A DNA stretch of 64,000 nucleotides from Euglena gracilis (Eukaryota), in assembly GCA_039621445.1 (NCBI GenBank), contig CP154954.1, positions 45,549,847 to 45,613,846 on the forward strand. Direction: 5' to 3'. The position numbers were made by a program, and so were the translations under genes. The notes below the pieces were generated by a model, which made no database searches, was not told the origin of the DNA, and worked only from the letters and a program-made list of their open reading frames with translations. Of the stretch, positions 38,101 to 50,800 are shown in pieces; within the stretch, counting starts at the first letter, position 1, and the number at the start of each line of letters is the position of its first letter.

Positions 38101-41100
38101 CCCAGAAAATTTTCATTGAAAATGGCCTTTTCCGGGCCGGGGTCGGAGGGAGGTGCCTGCTATGGGCAGGCACCCCCAAAAACCCTGCCCCCCCCGGGGG
38201 TCGGATGGGTGCCTGCCCCTGGCGCCCCCCCCCCTCCCCCCCCCTGGTCGGTAAGCACAAGCGTGCCCCCTCCTTTCCTGGCCTTTCCCCCGGAGGTGTG
38301 GACTACAGCTGGGTAGTCATCCCTGTGAAACGCTGTAGGAAGTTTTTTTCCAGTCGGGGGTGAGCTTTTTTCAAACGAGCGAAAATCCCAATCCAGTGGG
38401 GGTCCCCTGGGGGTTCCTCAAGCAAAGGCTTGCCCAAAGCTTGTTGAAGCCTCCTTGGACAAGGAGTCCTGCCAGGCAGTTTCTTTGGTCGAGTTATTGC
38501 CATTCTTACCAATGTTGACCGATTTGAATATTCCTTGTGGAGTCATGTTCAGGGGATTATTGAGGTGACAGGACACCTTTGGGCACATTTGAAATTGGCT
38601 TCATGTTTGAACTTTAAAAATTTTCTTTTCATTTTTATTGATAGAAAAGAACAGGAAGGTGTTAACGTCCCGAACATGCCTTTTTTTGACAATGATGTGG
38701 CAAATCGATTTCTGCATTTTGGCCTTTTTTCCTGATATTGCCTGCCCCAGATGTCACCACAAAGCGAAACTCTTTCTTGATGCTTTTCAACTGTGCCCAG
38801 GAGCGCGCTGTTCGTTATTTGCGAAAGGTGTGACCCTTCTCCTTTGCTACTTGTCTCAGAGATTCAGAGCTCAATTTGTTCAAATATCCAAGGGTCGGCT
38901 CTTTATTGACTTTGGTTCTTTTTCTTTGCAGGCAATTGATGTCGACATTGACCTTGCTGGGGAGCCTTTCCAGTTGGCACTTGTGGATTTACTGCGTCAT
39001 CTCTGCAAGACCAGCCCTGCTGAGAAGGCCAAGTACTTGTCAGTGATATTCGACTGGGAAGACGTTGCAGTGAGTGCTTGCATTGAATCATCCCACCTGG
39101 CATTGCACACCTCTTCCCAGCCCCAATCTGCTCTCTTCCCGCCACGCGGCAGTGCTTTTCCAGTGCGCATCAACGCTGCAATCCCTAGCGTCATCCCGGA
39201 CTGCAATCCGAGAGGCTGCCCACACCTTTGTGAAGCTTTTGACAACCCATGCTGACAATAACGTGAAGCTCATTGTTATCGATCGTTTGGAAGCCATAAA
39301 AAAGAGGTGTGTTCATGTGACTTTGTGGTTGATGCTACAATGTAGTCACCTCCTCATGCTTGAGCTATTTCTCAACATATCCAGTGCAAACATTTGCACC
39401 AGTTTTATTGGCATTACCCCAAATCCCAGAAGATTCCTTGGTGCTTGGGACAATTTTCTTCCCAGATTAGGCAAAGTGCCCTCTTTTTTGAATTTAAAAA
39501 AGCTGCTTTTTGTTGGAGACAGCCGATATTTTCCACTGTGGATAAAATTTGTGAACACCCAACCCAATCTCTAATTTTAATAACCAGGAAGAATCCACAG
39601 TGGTTTGAATGCCGCCTTTCACGCCACCTTAAAGTAATGGTGGAAACCAATTTTGAGCTGCCTCTTGCATATTTTCCACATGGTCCAACCCTGCTGCAGG
39701 TTCCCTGACATCTTGTGTGAGCTTCTGACTGATTTGTTGCGGACTCTGGCCTCCCCCAACATGGACCTGAGACGGAGGATCCTGGACCTGTCTCTGGATT
39801 TGACCACCAACCAGAACGTGGAGAAGGCGGTGCAGTTTTTGAAGAAGGAGGTGCTGCGGATGCAGGTGTGAAAAGCTGCTGTGGTCCGAAGTGGCGAAGT
39901 GGCAAAGTGATGAAGTGGCGATGTGCAATTAGAAGATTCACCAAAGTGGCATTTTGCGTAACACATTTGGCTGCTGAATGAGCTGGTTCTATTTTGCTGG
40001 GGATGTTTTTTGGGGGGGGATTCAGCAGGTCCCAGGAACCAAATTTGGAGCAATTTATGTTGGAAAATAATTTCCCCCATTTCACATGACTTTTTTTTTT
40101 CCAGAGGGACATTTGCAATGTGAATTTATTATGTGCAGTGACAAATACATATTCATAATCTGCCCAATAATGCACCCCAAAATAATATATATATATATAT
40201 ATGTATATATGTATATGTATATTAGGGGGGGGGGGTGTATGAAATATATATACCCCCCCTGGCTTCTGGTTTTGGATGCTCAAATAATATTCTCTTATGT
40301 TGTAATGGTATACAAGTTATGTAAACAAGAAAGATGTGAACCCCAGTCAGGTTTATATAAACTCTGTGTGTGTTCATGTTGCAAATGTATAAGAGAGAGA
40401 TTTTGAGCGCGATTGTGTCTTAAGATGGATACATACACAAAATTGGCCCCCCCCCAAATTCTTGGGCAGTTTCTGAAGTTGACACTTTTTTTTGATTTAT
40501 ATGTTGATGATTTCTTGATTTTATTGCACCAATCATTTTTGTCAAAGTATGCTCTTTTGGAACGGTTGATGATTTTCCCCTTGCTTGATTTTCTCCTGAG
40601 GTGTGGCAGGGAGGTATCACCATTTCCCCCCTTTCGAGCTGACCCCCCCCCCCGAGCTATTCCCACTGGGGGGAACTGTCATTGCATTTTTTTTTAATGA
40701 AGGACATGCAAAAACATGGCCAAAAAATCGATGTTTTCTGGACTTTTCAAAAATTCCTTTTTGGCAAATGTGCTTGAAATTTACCATTTTTTTTTTGCAA
40801 ACATCCAACAAAAAAGTTGCCGAAAATGACCCCTTTTGGGCTGTCCGAGGTCAGTGTCTGGGAAAAGATCACTGGGGGGCCTAGGTGCCCCCGCACTGTT
40901 CCCATTGGGCCATAAAGGGTTCCCGGGGACGGGAATAGCTCAGGGGGGCATGGTATTTGGGAAGGAGGCTGGGGGATATCATTTGGAGGCAGGGTTCCCA
41001 CTCTCAATCTCCTTTAACGTCAGGTGATTTTGCCATACAGGCGCTGTAAGTGTGCAATTGTTTAATTGAATGATGTCAAAAGTTTTGCCGTTTCTCTGTC

Positions 41101-44100
41101 TTGGAAGTTGGGCATATTTCCAGCATTGGGCTTCGGTGTGTAGAGTGTAAAGAAATGCAATTGTTGTGTGTTGTGTTTTTTTTTGGAGTTGATTCCAAAA
41201 TTGCTCACTGCAACTCTGTGGGAGTCATTTTGGTGAATAACATACCTTTTTATGTTGACATGAAGCTTCTCTCCCTTGTGCAGGAGGATACGGCCATGGT
41301 GGACAAGCAGGCCAGCAATGAGTACCGCCAGCTCTTGGTCCGCAGCATCCACCAATGTACGGTGAAGCATCCCCATGTCGCAGGTCAGTTAGCAAAAAAA
41401 TTGGGTAACATCCTCTTTTTTGGCTGTTCTGTCGAAGACGCCTGTGCAAGGCAAGGAGGACCCAGACGGTAGACTGGGGGGGGGGGGTAGTGGGTGGTCG
41501 GCCGATTACCCAATTGGTCGGTCGACTGGGCCTGGTCGGTGGCTAGTACGTGATTTAAAACGTTGGATTTTGCCACTGGCAGTGCATTTTTTTTGATGCC
41601 TCTGTGGCCATCTCTCTGCAGGATGAACGTATGATGAGTGTAAATGAATCCGTAATAGAAAGGAATGAATACAATAATTGTATAACACATTTTTTTTGTA
41701 AAATTGTTTGAGTGACTGAGTCCACTCCCTAACCTTTCTTCAAAATCTATTTTACTTTGGGGTATGGCCTTTTGGTAAGCCCAGAGGGGGGGGGGCTGCA
41801 TGTGAGGAGTTTGAATCAACCTTCCTGCTCAACTGCTTGTGGTGGTCGAAGAGGCCTGTTCTAGATCATTCCCAAACTTTCAGGAAAGAGGCTTTCAAAC
41901 TTGAACAGGACAGAGCACCATGATATTTTGGATTCCTCACAGGCAAAGGCACACATTGGGGTGAAAAAATTCGCAACATTTATCTTGTCTTCGATCAAAA
42001 TACTTCCAAAATAAACTCTTTCCCCTAAGAGTTTCCCCCTCAGAGTTTTGAAGATGGATTTGGATTTGGAAGATTGGAATTGGAATTGAAATTGGATTTT
42101 TTTTGTATGCTTCACGTAGGATGCCCCCTATAAGGCTCTTTCGGCGTTTCTTTGTGCAAACAAAGCTGATGTTGCCAAATGTCAAGTGGGCATTCTGGTC
42201 AGAACTCACATTTGCCAGACTAAAATTCTTTTTCTCAGCAGCCATTTTTACAGACCTGAGGCACTCTGGAAACATAGGCTCGTGACAAAGATCTGTCAAG
42301 TGCAATGCCGAAGTGGCTTTGTTCCAATTGGCTTACTCACAGGACTGATTGTTCCCGTTTTGTCTGATTACCTGATCGACGTGGGCCCGTCTGCCGTGGA
42401 CGTCATGCTCTTCATTCGCGAGATTCTGCTTCGACAGCCTCAACTTCGAGATGAGGTATTCCGTGTATCAAAATTGCGTCTTTGTACCCCATTTCCCTTG
42501 CTTGTGAGGAACGTTTGGTGTTCTTTGTCGTTCTTCGTGTTTCCCTTTTTCGCCCTCCTTAGCCCCCAGAGTTTTAAGTTGGTTTTGTTCAGGGGGAGGT
42601 GAGGGGGTCCAGACCCCTCAGGGCCAGACCCCCCCCCCCCCGTAGAACCATAAGTTTTTGTTCCCCGGCGCTTTGCGCTGGCAGACTTATACCCCCTACC
42701 CCATTTATAAACCTCCTGGAGTTCAAGTGATCTGATTTGGTTGTTCAGCCAAAGGGGGGGGGGCATAAGTTGGGGGTTCAAAATTCAAGGAATGAAAATT
42801 TTAGTTGGTGAAAATCCAACTCCCCCAAATGGCCCGCAAACCCCCCAAGTTGGCAATTTTCGGCAAATTTGGTCAAAAATGGCATTTTTGATAATGGTCA
42901 GTGAAAAAGCAATTGCCAAAAAAATCAGCTTTTTGGGTGGTTTGCGGCTGAAACAATCATCCCCGGAGATCTTCATCTTTCTGTCTGGGGGGGGGGGGGT
43001 TTGGTTGGTTGGCCCGAGGGGGTTTATGCTTTTATCACCTGTTTTCGACAATTTGGTGAGAAAAAAATCCTGAAAATGCTATTTTGGGCTTTTTGAAGTC
43101 CCACAAAAACTTCTTTCTGGGCGCTTTAGGCCGTTTTTTTTTTACCTGGGGGGTCGACCCCCCCCCCCCGGGGAGGGGGGTCTGTAACCACCTCATCCCC
43201 CTAAATTTAATACCCAGCTAGCGCACAAATACTCCTCTGGGTGACCACAAAGTTGCCCAATCACTTTGGAACAAGAGAGTTGTTGCAGAAAAGGTGTTGG
43301 AAATGTGAGGTGAGAATTTCGAGCTCCTGCAAAATGTTATGTGGACACACAAATATTTAGGGCAGTTAAAAGTTATTTGGGGGTTCACATCTTCGTGAGA
43401 GTGATCAACAGGGCCGTTGCAGGGGAAAAGTCGTAAAAGGTCCAAATAATTTTGCACCCAGGAGTCACGTGAAAAAAATCATGCATCTTTCTGGGAAATT
43501 ACGAGGTGGTAAACAAAAAAGTCATTTGAAATGCCATAACCTTGAGTTCAAGCATTATGTTTTTAGGCGAATGTTTTCGAAAATTTCAATGTTTCCAATG
43601 CTTTTTAAAAGGGTTTTTTTAGGTTTTTTTTGAAGGCATTTTAAAATTTTCAAAATTGTCAAGGGTCCATTTTCCAAGGGCGGTTAAATAGCTATCCGGG
43701 CATCGAACCATCGTCGGTCCAGGTTGATAAAACGTTACGGGCAGATGGACAGTGCTCCATCAATGCCACAAAGCATTTTTCTCCCCTTGGTGTTGGCTTG
43801 TTTTTGCCAAGATTTTGTGACCTCTTCTTTGTTTGGAATTTGTTCTGGAAAATTTTTCTACAATTTAAATATTTTTTCATATACTATACTCTACTGTACT
43901 ATACTATACTATACTATACTGAACTGTACTATACTATACCATACTATACTATACTATACTATACCATACTATACCATACTATACTATACTATACTATACT
44001 ATACTATACTATACTATACTATACTATACTATACTATACTATACTATACTATACTATACTATACTATACTATACTATACTATACTACACTATACTATAAT

Positions 44101-44850
44101 ATAATATTAAATATTTTTTTTATTTATTTTTTTTTTCGGGCATTTTGGCAAAAAAATAAGATTTTTACAAGTTTTTTTTAATTTTTTTTAAAGTGCCTTA
44201 AAAGTGATTCCTGGTTTTGTTGTCCAATGAACAGAAGCATTGAAGAAATGAAAATTATCGGCAAAAAACAACATTTGATGCAAATTAATTTCAGGGAAAG
44301 TGGAAAATCAATTCCATTATTTTTTGGGGAGGGTCAGCCAATAGTTAGTTAAAACCCTGGGGTGGGAAGGATTATTTGGATTTTGGTAAAACCAAAGGGG
44401 TTATTATTCAGGGGGGCTTTAAATCCGAACCCTGTTACCCCCTTCCAAGCAATTTTGCCTCCCTGCAAAGTTAGGGGACGGATCTTTTTTTTTGCCTCTG
44501 CCCCCTACAGAGTTAGCCTAATGGGGGCCATTGTTCAGGGGGGAATGGGGTCCAGGCTTGTGCTTAGTCGGGTACCTACCCCACGGGGGGGGGGGTGCTA
44601 GGGGCAGGCACCCTAGAGCACCCACCCAGTCAGTAAGCACAAGCATGATAGGGTCAATGCGCCACCCTCGTGCCATCCTGTGCAGATATTGGCCAAGCTG
44701 ATTGATGTCTTTGGCAGTATTTCTTCGCCTAGGGTGCTTCGGATCTTGCTGTGGGTTCTGGGCACCTACTGCAAGTCTGCAGATGAGGTTTGTTCATGAG
44801 CCCCATGTGTGCGTGTGTGCGTGGCTGCGTGCACGTGCGTGCGTGCGTGC

Positions 44851-44890
<40 letters not shown>

Positions 44891-47800
44891 CTCGGAGCAC
44901 ACAACCCCCCCCCCTTTGGTCCGGACCGACAGGTGACTTCTGGGTGGCCATGTCTTTTTTTAAAAAAGTTTGTGACCATTTTTTTGTGTCAACGTTTCTG
45001 TTACAGCTCAACAGAATTTCACTAAATGAAAGAAATCTGAGAGAATTTGAAGCAGCCGGAGTTTTTCTCCGAACCAAGCACCTCCCCTAGTGTGGAATCC
45101 CCCCAAATTAACACCAAATCTTTTATTACAGGGTTATTGTTTTCTTTTCTGCTTGCACTGCCGAAAAATTCTGTGAATCATGAGGAACGTGCGTCGGAGC
45201 AATTTATCATGTCTCGGAAGATCAACTGAGGTTTTCCCTCACCTGAACTCGGTTATATATGATTTTTTTGTGAGTTTTTCTGGCAGCATTTCATGCGCCT
45301 CACCATGAAGCATGACCATTTTGTTAATGCTTGTTGGATCTCTGCAAGGCCTCCAGCAAAAAAAAACCCAACTGCTGGTTCCCAAAAGCCCCCAGACAAA
45401 ATTTTTTTTTGCATCATTGTGTTACTGCCCCTTTTTCGACCTCTCTGGTGCACAAACATGACCCCCCCCCCCCAAACTCTACTGATTGGGGGGGTGCGCA
45501 TGCTATTCATAAAGGCAATCCCAATCATAAGGCTGATTCCAGATTTCTTTCACTTTTTTTTGGAATTTTTTTGTCCGTTTGCCAAAAGCATTTACAATTT
45601 TGTGCATAGCACAGATCAGGGCTGCCTACCGCTGACAAGCTACATATGTGTGCGTGTATGTGTGCATCCAGCTGTTTCCTCTGCCACAGGTGATGTCCGC
45701 CATGAGTGCTATCAAGGCGGCTATTGGCTCTTTTCCGTTGGTTCCCATTGAAAAGGTTTGTTTGCTGTTGATGTCAGATGCCACATGCAGTCATGGGGTG
45801 ATGGGTTTTTATCTTTCCAAGCTCATTTGTTTGTATTAAGGGCATCACATCCCCGGGGGGGGGGTCCAGCCAGCCAGCAGCCTTTTTTCCAGGCAGCGGC
45901 TTTTTTCCCTGCCCAGGAGCAGGGTTTTCTCAAGCCGGAGGGGACCCTGCCCCCGGTGGGGGGATCTAGCCAGGCATCACTTTTTTCCAGCCAGCAGCTC
46001 CCAGCCGTGCTGCAGACCCCTCCCGGGGGGGGGTCAGCTGAAATAAAGTTGGGTCCAGCCCGCCTTTGCCGGGCTGGACCGAAACCTTTTTTCAGCGTAA
46101 AGTGTCAAAGTTTTTGAAAAGAGGGGGCAAAAATGGCCAACCATGGCATTTTTGAATAGTTTTTGGTTTCACCTCAAATTTTTGGCTGAAAAATGCCAGC
46201 CAGGCTGGATTCGGGCTTTTTTTGGCCTGTTTTTGGCCGGGTCCAGCTGCCAGCCGACCGGCCGGACCCCCCCCCCCCTGGAACCCCCGGGGTTTTAGCG
46301 GGGGTTTTTCGAAGGGGGGTTGAGGGGGGGGAGACCCCCCCCTCCTCCCCCTTCGTACCGAGGGGGGTCCGGGACCCCCTGGAAACCCAAAACAAGTGAT
46401 GAAAAATAAAAGGATTTGGTGTGTTTTGACTGATTTTCCATAAAAAAATGTGAAGGCAAATTTTATTATCAGCCCTTTGCGCCGGAAATTTTTTTGCACA
46501 GCAGGGGGGAGGGGGGGTCCAGACCCCCCGGTCATTTAATACCCTGTGGATCCCCATCCCCCCAGGGGGGGGTCCAGCCAGCACCATTTTTCCAGCCAGC
46601 ACCTTTTTCCAGCTGACCCGTGGGACCCCTCCTCCCCTGAGGTCCTTAAGAAAACCTCCCACGACGAGTTTTATTTATTTTGTGGCCGGGCGGCTGGAGG
46701 GTGGACAGTGGCAAGGGAGGCTGGACAGTGACCAATTTTTGGCTTTTGGGGGTGCAAAATGGGCAAAAATGAACTCAATTTGAGCTGTCAGGACAAGTTT
46801 AAGGTCAAAAAATTGATTTTTTGCATAACTCGCAGTTGTTGGGGTATTTTTGCATTTTGTTTTTTTTTGGGGTGCCCGGTTCGACCCCAGGCCCAGTTCC
46901 AGCCGGGGGACCCTTATGGGGGGAGCCAGCCCAAACATTCCAGCCTCTGAGCTGGACCCCCCAGGAGTTGGGGCGCCCGGGAGGGACGCCCTGGCTGGGA
47001 GGTGCCATTTTTCATTTCCCCCTTAAGTGAAAAATGGCACCTCTCAACCTCGGGCGTTTTTTTGAAGCTGCGTTCAGTTTTCAGAAGCCCAACATCTGAA
47101 ACTCAATCTTTTTGACCGTTTTTTCTTGCTTCCCAGGCAGCTGGTGAGGACACCACCAACCGACAGAGGAAGGGAGCAGAGGCCACCGATGCCACCGGAG
47201 ATGTCGCCAGGATGGTGTGCAAGTTCGACGAGTCATTTCTGTGCATAAATAAATTTAGTCACCAGTCCAATTAGTTTCATAACTTTAATTGGTTTATGCG
47301 TCGCTATGCACGCTGCATGTACATGCAGGATGTGCAACAAGAGTGGCTGGTGTCTTCTCCTGGTCCCTGGCCTCTCCCGAACCTGATGACTGCTTTTTGC
47401 CTTCACAGACAAACACAACTATCAGCAAGGATGGCACGTATGTCACGACCGTCACAGAGTCTGCACCCATCGCCACAGACAGTGGAGAATTGCCATTGAG
47501 GTACGTTGCATTACCTCGCTCCCACGTTGGTTTTTTTCCAGGTGTTTCACACAATAGCCCCCCAAATTAAGGCCCGGGTCTTACTTTTGGGTCGACCCTC
47601 CCCCCACCACCTCTTCCTGTTTTTCTGATGGCACCAGTTTTTGGACCCCAAATTTTTTTCCCGGTGCCTTAGGGTGAATTTTGGACCCATTTTGGGACCC
47701 ATTTGGGAGGCCCAAAGACCCCATTTTTTCACTCTTTCCAAGAATTCAACATTTTCTCAAAATTTTGATTTTGAGAGGTTCTTTGAAGCAAAAAAAATGC

Positions 47801-50800
47801 CATTGAAAATCCAGAAAATTTCCAAGATAAAAAAATGTCAGTAAAATTTGATTGCACCAAAATTTGGTCCAATTTTTTTGATCTTTGTTTTTTTCACCCC
47901 CCTCCTAAAGACTACCAGTTTTCCAACCTGAAATTTTTGGGATTTTTTGGGGGGGGAAAATGTGGTTTTCCATCAAAAAATCATGTATTTTTGGGTTCAT
48001 TTTTCAAAAAAATTTAAGAAAATTCGCCGGCCAAAATCCCCGTTTTCCCAAAATTGATGAAAATGCTGTGGTGGGTGGGGGGTGTCGACCCCCCCCCCCC
48101 CACCTCCCGGGTGGGGAGGTTGACCACCTGCCCCCACCAGGCCTTCCCGTTCTGCCCTGGCGGGGGGGGGGGGTGATTTTTGGGGGGGTCTTGTTTTTGG
48201 ATTTTTTCTTGACCAACCCGGGCCCCAAAAAGCATCATTTTTCATGCCCAAGAACATTTCCTTCGGCGCTCAAATTGGTGTAAGTTGATATTTACCATGT
48301 TTTTTGCACTTCAAAAATCCGAAAATTTTTAAAATTTCATCATTTTTGTGTCTGAAATTGTGTTTTTTGGTAATTTTTTAGGGAAAATTTTCGCCGTCAG
48401 GGGGTCTTATTTTTGGCAGGGGTCTTATTTTTGGATCTTTTGGTTGAACGGCCCGGGGGGGGGGGGGTTATTTTTTGGGGGGGGTTATTTTTGGTGGGTT
48501 TATGGCATCAAGTGGAGTCCCCCAGAGTTGAGCATGGGGTACTGTGGGGGCAGGTGTGGGGGGAGTGTGGGGGTGTGGGGGGGGGCAGTGGGGGGTTGAC
48601 AGTGCGGTGGAGTGTGGGGGAGTGTGGGGGGCGGTGGCATTTTCCCATTTTTGCATTTTTTAAAATTTTTGATTTTCTGTGAAAATGATATTTTCCTCAT
48701 GTTTCTATATGATTTCTTCCAATTTGGAGCCGTTTTTTTGCCTTTTTTTAAGGTAAGTTTTGCATTTTGGTGGTTTTTTCTTAAGCCCTTCCTCTCGGAT
48801 TGTGCACGCTTTTTGTGCATTTTGCCCCCAAGATGCATTGTTTTTTTTTAAAGAGATGCGACTCTTATTCATATGCAGGGTGGGGGGAATTGACCCGCAA
48901 TTTCTGTAATTTTTCGCAATTTTCTGCAATTTTCCGCAATTTTCCGCAATTTTTCCGCAGTTTCCGCAGTTTTCCTGCAATTTTTTTCCCTTTTCGCAAT
49001 TCTTCCGCATAAGCCTGAACAGAAGTTGAGATGAGTTTTGGCCAGTTCTCGAACATATCACAAGGGCGTTTTTTTTGCTCCTTGTTACAAATTTCCAAAA
49101 TTTTGTCAAATTTTACAAAATTTGACAAAATTTGGCAATTTCTGGGTCTTTTTTAGGTTTTCCCTCTTTCTGCTAGGAAATAATTTTGATTTAAAAAAAT
49201 TCTATATTGAACCAGATTTTTTCCTGAGACCAATTTTTTTGGCGATTTTCCCCCATATTTCCAGAATCAGCATGTTTTCAAATTAGAAAAATCATTCTTT
49301 TGGACCTTTTTGTTGGAAACGTGAATACCAGCTCAAAGCTGCATTTGCAAAATTTGCAACATCTATGTTGCAAAATGACCAAATTTTTTTTTTAAGTTTG
49401 TGAATATTTTCTAAGTCCCCTCCAGCAGAAATGTGCATATTCTCCACATCAATTTTCCGCAATTTTCCCGTAATTTTCCCGTAATTTTCCCGCAATTTTT
49501 CCTAAGTCGTTCGATATCAATCCCCCCCCTGCATATGACTCAGAATTTCCGCTTTGTGAGCACTTCTGCACACATGCTGTCTTCGGCCAATTGCCACTAA
49601 TTCATTCTTTGTGTTCCCGAGGAAAGGGGTGTTGTTATGCCCCCCCCCCCCCGACAAGGCTGAAGGCTGAAAAAGTCAAAAAATGGCATTCGAACATTTG
49701 GCCACATGTTGGAAATTTGGCCACATTTGGCAATTTCAGTTGCAACAAAAGGGGCGTTGTCTCGAGCAAAAGTGTGAGGGGAGTGTGGGGTGACAGCTGG
49801 GGGGGGGGAGTGTGGGGGGGGGGTGAGTGTGGGGTTACAATCTGGGGTGACAGTGGGGGGGGGCGGGAGTGTGGAGTGACAGTGTGGGGGGGGGAGTGTG
49901 GGGGGAGTGTGGGGTGCAGGGCAGAACGGGAATCGGCCAAACAGCCAGGGTGGTGGGAGGGAGGTCAACCCCCCCTCCCCACCCCCTGCATGGTGGGCAG
50001 GCGACGCCCACCTCCCGTTTTCTGGGAGCACCAATTTTCGACCCCAAACATTTTTCCTGGCGCCTATGGCTCCGGGAAAAATTTGTTGAAAAATCTGTGA
50101 AAATGCTGGTGGGGGGATCGACCACCCCCTCCCCCACCTCCGGAATTCCATCCATTTCAAGGAGTGAAACACTCATTGGCAGCCGTCTGATGCCATTCCT
50201 GAAATTTTGCGCCGCACAGACATGGCCAACCGTTTGTTGCCTCCGAATGACGACACAGGCTTGCATTCCATCAGGACGTTGTTGGCAACGGGGGACTTCT
50301 TCCTGGCCAGCGCCTTGTGCAACACACTGGTGAAGTTTGTGTTGCTGATGCAGGGGGACGAGCGGCAGCACGTCAAGACAGAATTGAAGGTGCGCCATTG
50401 CAGGGGGGGGAGGAAAGGCAAACGCGCTTTTTTTTTGTGCTCTTTTGCATTTTTTTTTAATTTTGGCGAAATTTGCGTTTTGCGCTTTTTTTGTGTTTTT
50501 TTTTTTTTTTTTTTTTACCAGCGTTTTTTTTTTATTTTGGGAATTTTTCTTTGACTCTGAAAAATTCCTCGTTTTGCCCTGATTTCCCCGCAAGAGCAAA
50601 AATTTTGTCACTTTTTTGCACTTTTTTTTTGGTCAAATGCTTATTTTTTATTTTTTGAAAAAAATAAAATAATTCCCCCGGTGGATCTGAAAGTATTTCA
50701 AGTCCTCTCCAGCAGAAAGTGTCCTTCCCAGGGGAGCTCCTGAAGGATTTTGCTTGCACGCACGTTTTTTTTTTTAGGCGTTTATTTGCATTTATTTGTT

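Noticed and set aside
38485-38658. Alternative chain of micro-exons (LVE / GLLR / KEQE) between exons 4 and 6
   Set aside because: Needs three micro-exons, still lacks a GT donor after exon 4 and adds an indel; exon 38438-38469 gives an ungapped fit with paired intron ends
43724-44181. Tyr/Thr/Ile/Leu repeat ORFs
   Set aside because: Translation of the (ATACT)n microsatellite
50207-50274. Longer 5' extension of exon 16 suggested by the ORF track
   Set aside because: Phase and alignment ([14 protein letters not shown]) require the acceptor at 50273-50274
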